DNA of 64,000 nt, from positions 39,618,001 to 39,682,000 of the forward strand of contig NC_067399.1 of assembly GCF_016432865.1 (NCBI RefSeq), written 5' to 3'. This document shows positions 1 through 13,561 of the stretch, piece by piece. This DNA comes from Antechinus flavipes (taxonomy: Eukaryota). Position 1 is the first letter of the stretch, and each line of letters begins with the position of its first letter. A model generated the notes under the pieces. That model was not told the DNA's origin, did not search any database, and was given only the letters and a program-made list of their open reading frames with translations. The position numbers and the translations under genes are program-made.

Positions 1-854
1 GCTATATACCCCTTCTCAAAATCATGTTTTTAAATAATGAAAGGGAATGCTAAATTTCAGTTAGGGATTAGTGAAAATAAAGATATTCTTATTCTCTCAA
101 AACAAAGTCGAGGTACCTCCTGAAATTTCTCCAAAGACCCCTGTAGAGTCCAGGTTAAGAATCCCTTATCTAGATTCACTTCTCTTGGTTGAATCTTATT
201 TTCTTGCCACCCACCTCTAATTTGAAAGTGGGAGGTAAAGTCTGTCGGACAAACCAAGAAAAAAGGCAGAAGGAAGAACAGCCTGTTCATGGTATTTGAA
301 TCCAAAGGCAACCTCTCTCTAAAGAGTCCATGTCAAAAGCTGGGGAGAAGAAAAGAGAAAGAAACCAGTTGGCCATGAGCCCAGTTGATGGGGGAGGGGA
401 TATGAAGTCACTAGGATGTTAACCAGAAGTCAAAGGGGTACATCTGGGGCCCACACAGGAAAAAATGCTTACTCCTCTAAAATATAAAAGGAGAACCGAA
501 GGCAGCAGCTCCATCCAGAACTAGAGAGTTGCAATCACACAAATGATCCCGATTCCTAATAATCTTTTGGGATTTCTGGAGAAGTACAACCCTGTGCTGT
601 TCGGGGACAAATGTTATTAGTCCCACTTTACAGATGAGAAAAGTGAGACTAAGTTGTTTTTCAGTGTCATGACCACAGAACTTGCTCAGTGTCAGGCAGA
701 TACAGGTGGTCTGTTTGGAACCATCATAACTTGGAGAGTCGGGCCCAATTCTAGGAGTCTAAACATAAAGGAAGGCATGATGTTGGGGAAGCTGCCTAGC
801 TCATCCAAACCTCAGTTTCTTTATCTGTAAAATGAATAGATTAGATGATGCCAT

Positions 855-1038
855 AAGGTACTTTTAACCTATTTTGTGTCCTGGACCCCTTGGGCTGTCA
901 GGTGAAATCTATGGACTCCTCTCCTCAGAAATGTGTTTTCAAGTGCACAAAATACCTAGAATTTATTACAAAGGAAACCAATTGTGTCAAAATACAGTTA
1001 TCCAGAAAAGTTCGTGGATTCAAGTTAAAAACCTCCGG
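855..1038. mobile_element. Degraded MER5-like hAT MITE
   Basis: ggtacttttaacc...gttaaaaacct termini; internal similarity to the copies at 11529 and 57988. Confidence 0.55.
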
Positions 1039-1836
1039 ATTAAATGTTATCTAAAATCCCTTTTAGTTCTAATCCTCTGACCTAAATTCTCTATGCCTCA
1101 GTTTCCTTATCTGTAAAATGAGGCGAGATTAGATAACACCAGAGTTCTAAATCTATGGTCCTAGGATAATAACAATAGCGAACATTTACACAGCACCTAC
1201 TATGTGCTAGGCATCATGCTATGCATTTACAATCATTAACTCATTTGATGCTCACACAAGCAGGTGCTATTATTATCCCCATTTCAGGGATAAGGAAACT
1301 TAGATAAACTAAAGCTAAGTGATTTGCCCAAGGTCACACAGCAATGGATCTTCTTGCCTCAATAGCTAACATTATCCATAGAGCTTCCTAGCTATCTCTG
1401 AAGACAGACTTTTCTTCTAAAAGACAAAACAAAACAAAACAAAACCCTCCCAAACTGCTTTTGTTATATCATTTTCCTGCTTTAGAATCCCAACTGACTC
1501 TCCATTGTCTAAAATATAAAATCCAGATTTCTTCTTAGCCTGGCACTGCAGGCTTTCTGCAATATGGCCCCCACCCACACCAACTACTTAGCTGCCCAGA
1601 TCTTATGCTCCCATCAGATTGGTCCACTTGGCATCTCTTGAAAATGCCCTCACACTTGTGCTGGACACCATATCTCCTTCTCTCCTCAGCCCTGCTCTTC
1701 TCTGTTTGACCAGCACTGAAGACCAAAATAAAAAAGTAAATTCAGAACAAAGCCAGAATGTGACATGGTAGCCCCACCCCAAAAGCTAATGTGTCCCTTG
1801 ACTACCTTGAGAGTGGAATGTCTAAAATGAGGCAAG

Positions 1837-1993
1837 GGGTAGGGAAGTTAGTTGGTGCAGTGGATAGAGCACCAGCCCTGAAGTCAGGAGGACCTGAGTT
1901 CACATCTGGCCTCAGTCACTTAACACTTCCTAGTTGTGTGACCCTGGGCAAGCCACTTAACCCCAATTGCTTCAGCAAAAAAAAAAATAAAAT
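1837..1993 (+). mobile_element. WSINE1-type tRNA-core SINE
   Basis: gtggatagagcaccagccctgaagtcaggaggacctgagttc...; TSD AAAATG(A/G)GGCAAG at 1824-1836 and 1994-2006. Confidence 0.85.
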
Positions 1994-2470
1994 AAAATGG
2001 GGCAAGGAGAGAATTCCTTTCCATTCTTCTGTAATCAAACTATATCTGAACTATGATATTCAATTCTGAGCATCACCTTTTAGGAAATACATTGATAATC
2101 TGGAGAGACAGGCAGGATAGTGAAGGGCTGCAGATCATCACTACTCATAGACATGAGGGATGGGAGAAGAATAAACTTAAGAAACTTTATACATAATGGT
2201 ATCAACAAAGTGAGTAGAGTCGATACGAAAAGGCAACAAGATCCTGGCTAAATAATGGTCGCCCTTCTTTCTGTGGATAGGTTTTGATTGCAGGGAAGTG
2301 GGGGACGGGAGATAGAGAGAGTCAGGATTTGGGTGTGGGGATTTAAAAATTGTATTACCAAAAAATAGAGACTAAATTCTGTGAAAAAATAATAGCTAAC
2401 ATTTATGTAGTGTTGAAAGGTTTGCAAAGAACTCATATATTATTTAATTATATAATTATATTTTGTATAT

Positions 2471-2478
<8 letters not shown>

Positions 2479-2509
<31 letters not shown>

Positions 2510-2990
2510 ATATAACCCATTATATCATGGGCCATTATCTTGTCTTCAAGTTATAGGAGCTCACATGGTCATCCATTAGTTTCCACAGGTTGCATTATCA
2601 ACTTTATAAAGATGATATAGAAAGATATAGATATATGGTGTGTGTGTGTATATATATATATATGGAAAAAGGGAGAGAGACATAGACATGCGCACACATG
2701 TATATATGTTGTGTACATATATACACATGCATGTTTATGTGTGTGGACATGTATCTATACATATATTGTGTGTGTGCAATATATACATGCATATATATGT
2801 GTGTGTGTATGTATATGTGTATCTTCTGAGCTATAGTCATATATCTTTACAGCCTCTTGGATATCTGATTTCAACATGTCTCCCCAACTCATGATTTCTA
2901 CCCTGCCCCCCCAAGTCTCCCTCTTTTCAAACTTGCCTATTTTATATATGCATATCTCTCTATATATATAGACATATATATAAGCAAAGC
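2479..2990. repeat. (CA)n and compound (TA)/(TG) microsatellites
   Basis: (CA) run 2479-2505 and degenerate TA/TG arrays about 2620-2990. Confidence 0.9.
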
Positions 2991-3107
2991 AATTGGGGTT
3001 AAGTGACTTGCCCAGGGGGTCATACAGCTAATGTCAGGTATCTGTGACTGTATCTGAATTCAGGTCCTCCTGACTCCAGGATCTATCCATTGGGCCACAC
3101 AGCTGTC
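2983..3107 (-). mobile_element. WSINE1-type SINE
   Basis: gcaattggggttaagtgacttgcccag...ctgactccag...cagctgtccc. Confidence 0.75.
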
Positions 3108-3229
3108 CCACTTCCCATTTATTATTGAAGGCCCCACAGTCACTCAGAAGAACAACCACATTGTTATCCTTTTCTGTTCACTCTCATTCATCCCATATAT
3201 CCTTCCCTTTGCCAAGTTTTTTCTATCTT

Positions 3230-4460
3230 CAGAGCATTTCCCTACAAACAGAACCATGATCCTCATCTCTCCTCTCACCTCTCCTTTGCCAATCTAACTG
3301 GTCTCCCCACCTCAAATCTCTTTCCACAGCAATTTATCCTCCATTTAGCTGCAAAGGAGATTTTTCTAAAGTTTAGTTCTGAACTATGTCACTCTTTTGC
3401 TTAAGGTCGTTCCCTATTACCTGTAGGATCAAAAATTAAAATCCTCTAACTTTAACTCCTAATAAATTTGACTCTTCCTACTTTTCTAATTTTCTCAACA
3501 TTTGATTTTTGTCTATACTCTATAAAAAATCTAGTCACTCCGGCTTACATGCAATTCCTTAGATATCGCGTTCCTCTCCTATCTTTATGCCTTTGCGCCA
3601 GCTTGCTCTAATCCTAGAATGATGACCTCTAATTCTTAGTTTCTCTGGCTTGCATCAAATTCAAAGCTTATCTTGTAAGAGGTGTTTCCTGGGCAACCTA
3701 ACACTCCAACACCTCTCCTTTCAGCTTATCTTCCCATCGTTTTGCGTGTATCTTGCATGTTCCTACTTTCTTATTGTTTCCTCCAGTTAGCTTCTTGAAG
3801 GCAGGAACTATTTTTTACCTTTCTTTGTATCTGCAGGACTTTGCATAAACACCTGATACAAGTAAGCACTTAATAATAAATGCTTATTGACTGTCTTTTC
3901 GGGACCCTTTTCTCTTCTCTGTCTATACCATTTCCCTTCTAATCTCATCAACTTCCATGGATTAAGTCTTCAAATGTATGACAATTCTCAGACCTACTTA
4001 ACCAACCCTCATCTCCCTTCTGAGTCCAGTCTTGCCTTTCTATTAGACATCTCAAATTGAATGTCCCCAAAACATCTTAAAACCAACATGTCCAAAACTG
4101 AACTCATTATCTTTGCCCTAAACACTCCCCTCTTTCTATTACTATTGAGGGAATCACCATCCTCCTAGTCCCTCACGTTCATGTGTAGGGATCATTCTGG
4201 ATTCACTATCTCTTACAACCCCACATTCAATATGGTGCAAAGGCTTGTCAGATTCACCTTTGCAGCATCTCTTGAAATACACAAAACTTCTCTTCTTTGA
4301 TGCTGCTGTGCTCCTGGTACAGGTTCTAGTTGCCTCACTCCTGGACTATTGCAATAGCCCGTGGGCCTCCAGGCTTACCCTATTCTAAACTATCCACCAT
4401 TCAGCCCCCAAAGTGGTATATCTAAAGCACAGGTCCCACCAAGTCACCCTCTCTCCTTAT
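3230..4460 (+). mobile_element. L2 fragments
   Basis: L2 3' end (gaaggcagg...gtaagcacttaataataaatgcttattgact) followed by an internal L2 segment (ctcaaattgaatgtcc...ctggactattgcaatag). Confidence 0.65.
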
Positions 4461-4844
4461 AAAGACAAACAAGATCATCTAAAACTTAAAATCTGCTAAC
4501 AGATATTCTTTCCTCTTGGTTCTTCACCTTTCTTCAGAAAGGAGGAGGACCATTATTAAATTTTCAGTTACTTAAGAGTTTGAGATTTTTTTAGATCCTT
4601 TCATTTGCATTGTTGTAGTCACTATGCATATTTTATGATCCCATTTCTTTCACACCACATCTGTTCCTAAACTGTGCACTTTGTAAGAGGATTTCTTGGA
4701 AAGTATATTATGTCCAATCAAAATATATCCATGAATTAAAAAAAAAAACTAAAGAGAGTAGACTGGGGATGGTACGGGGAATGATTATGATAGCTGCCTT
4801 CAAATATTGTGATTAGAAAAAATAAAACAAAAAAATTTAAAAGG

Positions 4845-4975
4845 GAGCAGCTAGAACAGTGGCTCTGAAGTCTGGAGGATTTGAGCTCAAATGTGACCTA
4901 AGATACTAACTAGCTAACTATGTAATTCTGGGCAAGTCATTCAACTCCAATAGCCTCCAAAAATAAAATAAAATA
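4845..4975 (+). mobile_element. WSINE1-type SINE
   Basis: ggagcagctag...ctgaagtctggagg...gggcaagtca, A-rich tail. Confidence 0.7.
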
Positions 4976-5596
4976 ATATGGGGCTGAATTGTGAGCAATG
5001 AGTTACAAGTTGAAGAGACAGATTTAGGTTTGATGTCAGGAAAAATTTTCTAATAATTAGTGCTATCCAGGTTTGAAATGGGTTTCCTCAGAAAGAGTGA
5101 GATTTCTATCACTGGAGGTATTCAAGTGAAGGCAGACAGACAAAGCCATTATTAAGGATGTTATAGAAGGGAATATGGTTCAGAACTAGATTGTAGGAGA
5201 GGGTCTTACCGTCTCTGTCAGCCAAGAGTTTCTGTGATTTTATGAAAACTCTCCTCCTGTTTTTTTATGAAATATTCCTAGATTATTAGATATAATCTAC
5301 AGTGCCTGGCACACAGTAAGCACTTAATAAATGTTGATTGATTAACCTGCCCTTCCTTCTCAGGGACTTTAGCACTTTGACCCATAGCATCCCTTCAGCA
5401 ACCAATCACATACCGCTTTATGACATTGCTGGAGCTGTTGTTTATCTTTCAGCATGATGCAGTAGATAGGGTTGCTGGCCTTGAACCTGGCAAACCTGGG
5501 GGAAGGGAAGGTCAATTTTGCCTCTGACATAAACTGAATCTGGACAGGTCATCTAATCTCTTAAGTGTTTTTAAACAACCCTTTTTAAGACTTCCA

Positions 5597-5940
5597 TTGA
5601 ACTTGTGATGGAAAGTCAGCTGCATCCAGAGAGACATAAAGCTCTGGAAACTGAATGTGGATCAAAGAATTGTATTTTCACCTTTTTTTGGTTGTTATTG
5701 TTTGTTTGCTTATTTTTTCTTTTTTCCCCCTTTTGATCTGATTTTTCTTGTGCAGCATGATGAATATGGAACTATATTTAGAAAAATTGCACATGTTTAA
5801 CCTATTTTGGATTGCTTGCTGTCTAAGGGGCAGGGGAGGGGGGGAAGGAGGAAGAAAAATTTGGAACACAAGATTTTGCAAAGATGAATGTTGAATTATC
5901 TTTGCATGTATTTGGAAAAATAAAATACTTAAAAAAAAAA
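5597..5940 (+). mobile_element. L1 3'UTR fragment
   Basis: G-rich tract, ggaacacaagattttgcaaagatgaatgttgaa, AATAAA and A-tail. Confidence 0.75.
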
Positions 5941-6842
5941 ACTCTCTATTAAAGAAAAGCTGCCATCTAGTTTTGGGAGAGGGTTTCTCCTCACCTGAGA
6001 ATTTGCCAAATGAATGAAACCATAGGTATAATCCCTATCTGTCCCTGCCATAATTTAATTTTTTGAATTGCAATATGCTTGGTCTTTCCAGATAGACTGA
6101 AAGCTACGTGGAGGCAAGGAATTACCCAGCCCAAGGCCAGATGCTTAACTAATCCAGATCAAGGGATTCCCATAACCTTTGTCTCACCCAGTAGAGAAAG
6201 TCAGGTTGTACAGAGACTTCTTTCTTTATTGCTGGAAGTCTAAGTAGCATCTGGTCTTCGACATTTCTCCTTCTTTGGGCTCCCAGGATAGCATTCTCCT
6301 AATTCTCCACCTCCACTGGAAATACCCAGTAGACATGGTAATAGGAATATGGTGATCTGCTCTAAATCCACCATCTGGGTCTTCTCTCCTCTCATCTTCC
6401 CCTAAATCCCTGAATTTAACATAGTGCCTAGCATATAACAGGCAGCTGGATAGGGCAGTGGATAAGAGCTCTGGGGTCTGGAATCAGGAAGACCTGAGTT
6501 CAAATACAGCCTCACACACACAACTAGCTGTCTGACCCTGGGCAAATCAACTAATCTCTGCCTACCTAAATTTCTTCTGTAAATGGGGGTTAAAAATTGC
6601 ACCTGCCTCTCAGGTCCCAAGGGTTGCTGAGGGGCTGAGAGATAACATTTATAAAGCACTTTGCAAATTTACAGTGATTTATAAATGCAACCTACAATTA
6701 ATTACAGTAAGCACTTAATAAATGCTTGGTGACTAGCTATTGTACTCATTTTCAGCATTTTAATTTAGAATTATAATACAAAAATTGGGCTTCTCATCCC
6801 ACCCTTACTCCATCCCTTCTACAAAGGACCTCATTTCTTTTC

Positions 6843-6980
6843 TTTTTTGGAGGCTTTTGAATCAGTTTAGGTGACTTGCCTAGGATCACACAGCTACTAA
6901 GTGTCTGAGGTTGGTTTTGAACTCAAATCCTCCTGACTCCGAGGCCTGTGTTCTATCCATTGAGTCACACAACTGTCTCA
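6843..6980 (-). mobile_element. WSINE1-type SINE
   Basis: gtgacttgcctaggatcacacagcta...tttgaactc...ctgactcc. Confidence 0.7.
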
Positions 6981-8276
6981 AAAATCCTTATTTCTATGGA
7001 GAGCACTGCCATCCTCCAACTTGCCCAGATATGAAACTTTAACTGCATCTTTGATGCGTTCCTCTCCCCAATGTCCAGTCAATTGCCAAGTCTTAGATGA
7101 GATCTAGGATAAAATACAACAACCTTCCCAGCTTGATATTTAAAGCCCCACACAATCTTTTTTCAACTGCTGTCATTAGCTATATTTCTCCCCTTCTTAT
7201 GCTATATTCGCTTTCCCATCTCTTCCTTTCAGAATCTTGATGCGCCTTTAAAACTCAGCTCAGGTGTCACCTCTTCCTTCAAAGCTCTTTTGTTCTCCCC
7301 AGATATTAATACTCTCTCCCTCCTCAAATCACCTTGTACTTATCTCTACCCACTATAGCTACTTCCAGTAGAATATAAGCTCTTTGGGGACAGGAAATGG
7401 TTTTTGGTAGGGGTGGTTAGGGATGGAGGGAAGGGGATTTTGTACCTGCAACATCCACTACAGTGCCTGACACATAATAGGTGCTTTCTATGATAAGCAT
7501 TTGTTGAACCGATGGCTTCTCCATGGCAGAGGGCCTGACTTATCAAAAATGTCACATCTGGCAGCCCTGCAGGAGCCAGGGGGTCACTGCATTACATACG
7601 TCTGTACTAGGGCCCTGCCACACTCTCAGGAGATTTTGACCTTCTTCCAGAACAAGGCTAGGAAAGAAGCTCCCTGCCGTACCCTGCCTTGCTTTGCCCC
7701 ACAGCCCTGCTAGGCCCTTCCCTGTACTACCCTTTATGAGGCTGCTCTCTTCCTCTGAAGCCAGGAAGCCACGTGAGCTAGGATGCACCTGTGCTGTGGA
7801 AAACCGGACTCATGGATGCACTTGGTGGGAACTTCCCCATTTGGATGCTGCTAGTTGCATAGATTCCCAGCATTTGTTCAGTGCTGAGTAGCCCTGTATT
7901 AGCTGTTGACTGATTCACAGACAGCTATCCTACCTGGTTTCCATCTTTAAAAAACTTGTAATTGTATAGAGAACTAAGAGGATAGTGGGAAAATCCCCAG
8001 TTCAGAGGGCTTGAATCCCAGCTCCTGTTTACTATGTGAGTTTGGATAAGTCACCTGACCACTCTAGGTCTGAATTTCCTTATCTATAAAATGGAGGGGA
8101 GAGAGAGAGAGTTGTGCTAGACCGTGTCCAAAGTCCCTTTTGGCCCTAGCAATTTTTGGAAATGATATATGTATAAACAATTTTTGCTAATTAGCTACAT
8201 TAGTCATCAGTTACTCAATTTCTCAAGACTTCTAATTCCTTAAGCAGTAAAAATGGGAGGGTTGGCCTAAGGCAGA

Positions 8277-8421
8277 TTTTTTTTTCCTGAGGCAATTGGG
8301 GGTAAGTGACTTGCCCAGGGTCACACAGCTAGGCTGTGTTAAGTGTCTGAGGCCAAATTTGAACTCAGGCGCTCCTGACTTCAGGGCTGGTGCTCTATCC
8401 ACTGCACCATCTAGCTGCCCC
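8277..8421 (-). mobile_element. WSINE1-type SINE
   Basis: Near-consensus antisense copy ending ctagctgcccc. Confidence 0.85.
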
Positions 8422-8426
8422 AAAGC

Positions 8427-8609
8427 ACCCTATTCTTAACCTGGGGGGTATGATCTTTTAAAAACTATTTTGATAACTACATTTCAATATAATTGCTTCC
8501 CTTTATAATCATATATCTTAAGAGCCTTATTCAGAAAAGGGGGGGGTTCCATAGGTTTCACCAGAATGTCAAAGGATTTCATGACACACAAAAAAGTTAA
8601 GAATGCCTG
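8427..8609. mobile_element. Degraded MER5-like hAT MITE
   Basis: attcttaacc...gttaagaatgcctg inverted termini. Confidence 0.55.
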
Positions 8610-8713
8610 GCTTAGATTCTCAAAGACCCTAACTCTAAACTACAGAGGCACCAGGACATAGTGGATAGAATGCTGGATCTGGCATCCAAAAGACTGGACT
8701 AAATGCCTATCAA

Positions 8714-8854
8714 CGGAGGCAACTAGGTGGCGCAACTAAAAGAGCACCAGCCCTGAAGTCAGGAGTACCTGAGTTCAAATCTGCACTCAAACCCTTAACA
8801 CTTCCTAGCTGTGTGACCCTGGACAAGTCACTTAACCTCAGCCAAAAAAAAAAA
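8714..8854 (+). mobile_element. WSINE1-type SINE
   Basis: Near-consensus copy with poly-A; imperfect TSD aaatgcctatcaa / aaaagcctaccaa. Confidence 0.85.
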
Positions 8855-9949
8855 AAAAGCCTACCAATGATTAGCTCTGTGGCCCTAGAAAAATAACATT
8901 TCTGAGCCTGTTTTCTCCATCTATGAAATGAGAATGGCAATATATGTACCACCTGCTTCAGAGTTGAGTGCTCCCTAAATGTCTACAAACAGATGATATT
9001 CTATCAGGAGAAATGACAGCAAATTTCACCAAGAGCAGCAGAAAACCAGAAATACCTTGAGCTACAAAGAATGGCAATGGGGTGCCTTGGGCCCTTCCTA
9101 TGCTTTTTATCACTAAATTCCTATTCAGATCCTTGGAAAACCATTGGACCACCCTGTAAGGTTTCTCACAGAAGGAGTCAGCGGGATAGTTTCCACCCTC
9201 TCCCTCCCCTAAGTCTCTCAAGATTTTCCTACCAGCCCCCCGCCCCCCACCCCAGCTGTTAGATCGGGTCAGCACCGAAAATGGGGACACTGCAGTCAGC
9301 CTCATCTGGTTTGGGATTCTTTCCCCAAGCATCATCAGCGGGTCTTTCCGCCAGCCACATGACTAACCTTCAGTTACTCAATGAAGCACAGTCTGCCCAA
9401 ATGTATGTGTCGGTGTGTGAGTGCCTGTGTGTTGCTAGGAGTTGGGGAGCGTGTGTGGGGGGTTGGAGTGCCAGACTCAAAGTTCGAGCTTAAGAGGAGC
9501 CCACACCCCCAGGATCCAGCCGGAGAGCCTAGAGGGAATCTAGGTGGTCACCAGAAGGGGAAAATGAGGCCCACACAGGATGCCTTAACTTGCCCAAGAT
9601 CATACATTTCAGGGACGGGAGAAATGCGTTTCCGCAGGACCACACACTGCTGGACAGTGGGAGAATCCCCAGAAGAACTCGGCCTCCGCATGCCCTGCCA
9701 ATCCAAATATTCTTCCTGCTCGGTCACTAGCCATAAGGCTTCCCTTTCCCTGGAGCATAAGGAAACAGATCTGGGCCGATTCCGGGCCCAGGAGTCTGGC
9801 CCCTGAGGGGACGTGGGCCCCCGGTGCTCCCACAGGCCCGAGTGATTCCAAAGCCCTCCTCCCTGGGGTGCAATATTGCCCTAGGCATCTGAGAGGCAGC
9901 AGGCTTCGGAGCTCCCTACGGCTGCCTGTTTTTAATCTCCCCCTCCTCC

Positions 9950-11120
9950 CCCCTTATAATTGAACCTGAATGCACAGGCTAAGTAAGTCTCAAAAGTCAA
10001 AGGTGACCGAGACCCAGCGGCGCTTGGGTGCCGGCTCTCCCTCGGGCCGAGGACAAAGGTGTGTGAGGGAAAGCTAAGCTTGGGCCGGGCCCAAGTCCCG
10101 GGGACTGATCCCTGGGAAGCAGCTCTCCCTTTCAGCGTCCACCCAGCAGGGAAACAGTTAAAGAAACCGGCTATTCAGGCCTCCGGAGCTGTGAGCTCAG
10201 AAATTTCCACTAGGATTAAATTCCCTTCAAGTGGAAAGTCAGGCCAAAGTCTCTCCCGGAGCCAGTGCGGCCCTCCTCCGCGGGGCCCTGGCTAGGCTGG
10301 GAGGTCCATGGCCGGCCGGCTGCGGGCATCAGAGAGGGTTAGACAGAGGAGGATGAGCTGGGGCGCTCAGGAGCAGCACTCACCCTGGAGACGCCATCGG
10401 AGCCGGGCAGGGCAGGGCGGGCAGGCGAGGTCTGGGCTCGGGCTCCGGCTCCGGCTCCGGCCCCCCGGCTGCTCCGGTTTCCTCTGGTGCAGAACGGTGA
10501 GTCACTCTGACTCGGGCTCGGAAAGGAAAGCCCTAGGGTGGAGCTTGCCCCTAAGATAACCAGGGATTGCACAACCGACTGTGCTCCAGGGCACTGCTCC
10601 AGGGACTGCGCTGGCTGGGGATGAGCCGGGCGGCGGCGGCGGCGGCGGACATGTGGGGATGGAGCCTGAGCACCTCGCATCCTCGCTGGCCGGAGCTCCC
10701 GCAGCCGAGTGGGGAGGGGGGGCGGCGGGCGCGCGGGGGCGGGGGGCGCCTGGGAGGCTCGCCTCCCCTCCTCCCCGGGGCAGACCTGAGCCCGAGGATC
10801 CTCGCGGTGGCCCTGCCTCGGGTGGAGGAGCAGCTGTCAGGCTGGCCCAGGAGGGGCAGGGACCCTTGTCTGAGGCTCCCTCTGCAGCCCTCGGAGCACG
10901 GCGTGGCGCGGAGCAGGAGCTCACCACCAAATCCCTCCCGACTTGGACTCCGAGGGCTGCCCGGGGCCTTAGAGAGCGTCTGGAAGCGCCGTCATTGCTT
11001 CCCGCAGAGCGGCTAAATGAGTGAATGAATCAATGAAATTCACATCAGTGCAATTCACCGACACGTGACTCGCCGAACCACAGGTGCTCGGAAACCCGGA
11101 GATAAAAACACTTCCTTTGG
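9950..11120. promoter_or_regulatory. CpG island / URGCP promoter
   Basis: GC- and CpG-rich; AP-1 TGAGTCA 10498-10504, (GGC)6 at 10629-10648, E-box CACGTGAC 11062-11069, G-run cluster about 10710-10750. Boundaries approximate. Confidence 0.85.
10384..10397 (-). CDS. URGCP: URGCP first coding exon (MASPG, phase-2 donor); remaining exons not found in window
   Basis: Minus strand reads ATG GCG TCT CCA GG|GTGAGT inside a CpG island. This matches the human URGCP N-terminus MASPG, and the head-to-head position upstream of UBE2D4 is as in human. Confidence 0.8.
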
Positions 11121-11528
11121 AGGAGGGATGGGGGAGGGAGACGAGCATTTATGAAGCACCACTATATACCGGGCAGGTGCCCCACAGATTTTATCTTATT
11201 TCGTCATCACAACCTGGGAGGTAGATGCTATTGCCATTCCCATCTTACACTTGAGGAAACTGAGGCAGACACGTAAGGTGACTTGTCTAGAGTCATAGAG
11301 TTAGGAAGTATCTGAGTCCCTATTTGATTATTGTTTCCTTTTTTTTTTTTAATTTAATTTGATGTGTAGTTTTAATGCACATTGCTTTATGTATCATGTT
11401 GGGAGAGAAAAATCAGAGTAAAAGGAAAAAAATCAGAGGAGATCTGGTATATAGTGGTGCTTCATAAATGCTCGTCTGTAGGCGCATCAGTCTGTCCATT
11501 ATGTCACCGAACTAGCTGCCAAATGAGA

Positions 11529-11722
11529 CAGAGGTTCTTAACCTTTTTTGCACCATGGATTCCTCAGCAGAATCATGTTTTTTTTGTTGTTGTTGTTGTT
11601 GTTGTTTTTTTTAATGCATAAGGTAAAATGCATAGGATTGAGATGGAAATCAATTAAATTGAGATAAATGTACCCAAATATATTTCAAAAAATTCATGGA
11701 CCCCCAAGATTCCAAATCCCTG
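11529..11722. mobile_element. Degraded MER5-like hAT MITE
   Basis: cagaggttcttaacctttttt...ttcatggacccc...ccctg. Confidence 0.55.
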
Positions 11723-13154
11723 CTAGTACAACCCACCTAATTGAGGAAATAGTTCCAGAAAGGAGTGATTTATCCTGTTCCACAGATTTCAGAACAACCA
11801 CCTGCATCTTGATATCAGGCAATCTACCCAAGCTATGGAACTTACTCCCATTCTCCTTTCTCAGAACAGATTGCTAACAAACCTTGCCCACAACTAAAGT
11901 GAGACCTAACTCAGGGTGCATTAAAAAAAAAAAAAAAGACACTGGATTTCCAAAGACATGTTATTGAATTCCATTTCTTCTACTGAGTACCAATGTGAAT
12001 CTGGGGAAATCATTTATCCGCTCTGGGCCTAAGTTTCCTCATGGGGGAAAAAGAGTCACATCAGATGATTACCAGGAGGCAGCATCATTCTACAGAGAGT
12101 GCTGAATGTATAGTTCCAAAGGACTTTTTTTGTATCCCTACCAAGGCTAATTGACTGCTCTTTAATATGGATGCAAAAATAAAAAATGGCATTGTAATGA
12201 CACCAGAGATTTGGAGCTGGACTTCATAAACCATGTGGTCCTCACCCTTTATTTTAGAGAGGAGGAATGAGGTATTGACATGACCATCCAGGCAGCAAAA
12301 CAATCAGACGGGGATTCAAACCACAATGAAGGCTCTTTCCATTGTACCACCTAGCCCCATTTCTGTTGGAAGGTATAGTAATACAAAAGCAAAAGCCTGC
12401 TTTCAAAAACTATGATACCAGGAAGATAGATGTGTATAGTCGAGGGATGAAACAGGTATTTGTCATGTCCCTGTCATCTGTAGAGCTCTTACCCTAAGAA
12501 ATAGGAGCTAGGAGAAGTAATTCTTTTGTTTTCAGTCTGCATGACCTTGGAACAAAAATCACTTCTCCTTCTGGGCCTCAATTTCCTCATCTGAAAATGA
12601 GGGAGAGTTGAGCTCAATAGCATCTGAGGCTTGTCAACAACCCTCTAAAAAGACCAGAAGAAGGGTATTTCCATTTGGAAACCTGGGGAGCTTCCCCTGA
12701 ACTGTGGCTCTCTAGCATATGCACAGCCATTGATCCCTGCTGGTCAATAATAAAGGCTACAGTTTTCAGATTTTTCCATTTGCATCTATTGAGGCACTGA
12801 GTTAGGTGCTGGGAATAGAAATCCAAATGAGACAACCCTTGCCCTTTGGAAGCTTATGCTCTACTACAATGATACCACAGATCCATGGAGTTTTGAAGGA
12901 AGAAGCACAGTTTTCAAACAGGTTTTAGCTCCTTGGCCCATCATAACTACATAATGACATAGGTAGGACTTCGTATTATCATTTTACAGATAAAGGAGGT
13001 TGATATTCATTGACAACAAAACACTTAAATAGTAGCTTATATATGATATCTTATTTGATCCTCACAACAACCCTGTGAAGTAGATGCTATTATTGTTTGC
13101 TCTTTACAGAGAGGAAACTGATATTTGCTTAGGGTCACACAGCTTGCTAATGCT

Positions 13155-13553
13155 CCTCCTTCTTTTCCTTCTCTTTCTCCTCCTCCTCCTCTTCTCCTCC
13201 CCCCTCCTCCTCTTTCTTCTCCTCCCCTTATTACTACCACCACGACCTACCACTATTACTACCACTTCTACCACCACTACTACCACTACTACTATTAACT
13301 ACTACTACTACTACTACCTTAGCCTATTATTACCATCACTCCAACCACTACTACTACCACTAATATTACCTTCCATTATCACTACTACTATTACCACTAC
13401 TACCACCCACTACCATTATAACCACTACCATCACCACCTACTATTACTATACCACCACTACAACCGCTACTACTACCACCAATACTACTACAACTATTAC
13501 CACTATTATCACCCACTGCTATTACAACCACTATCACCACCACCACCACCTAA
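13155..13553. repeat. Compound trinucleotide repeat (CTC/CTT)n then (CAC/TAC/TAT)n
   Basis: Direct reading; accounts for the spurious 158-aa ORF. Confidence 0.95.
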
Positions 13554-13561
13554 CATATAAC

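Noticed and set aside
468-520. Minus-strand donor GTAAGC with an upstream MELL-like peptide
   Set aside because: Not in phase with URGCP exon 1 and does not match the known URGCP sequence.
7790-7847. Possible URGCP exon 2/3 (cag|CATCCAAATGGGGAAG...)
   Set aside because: Weak acceptor, only vague similarity to human IEVELLGKG/HSDLGEV, and no suitable donor at the expected length.
10502-11024. Three overlapping 142-149 aa ORFs on both strands
   Set aside because: Gly/Ala/Pro/Arg-rich products are expected from a CpG island; no recognisable domain.
13084-13560. 158-aa ORF rich in Leu/Thr/Tyr/His
   Set aside because: Translation of a trinucleotide microsatellite.
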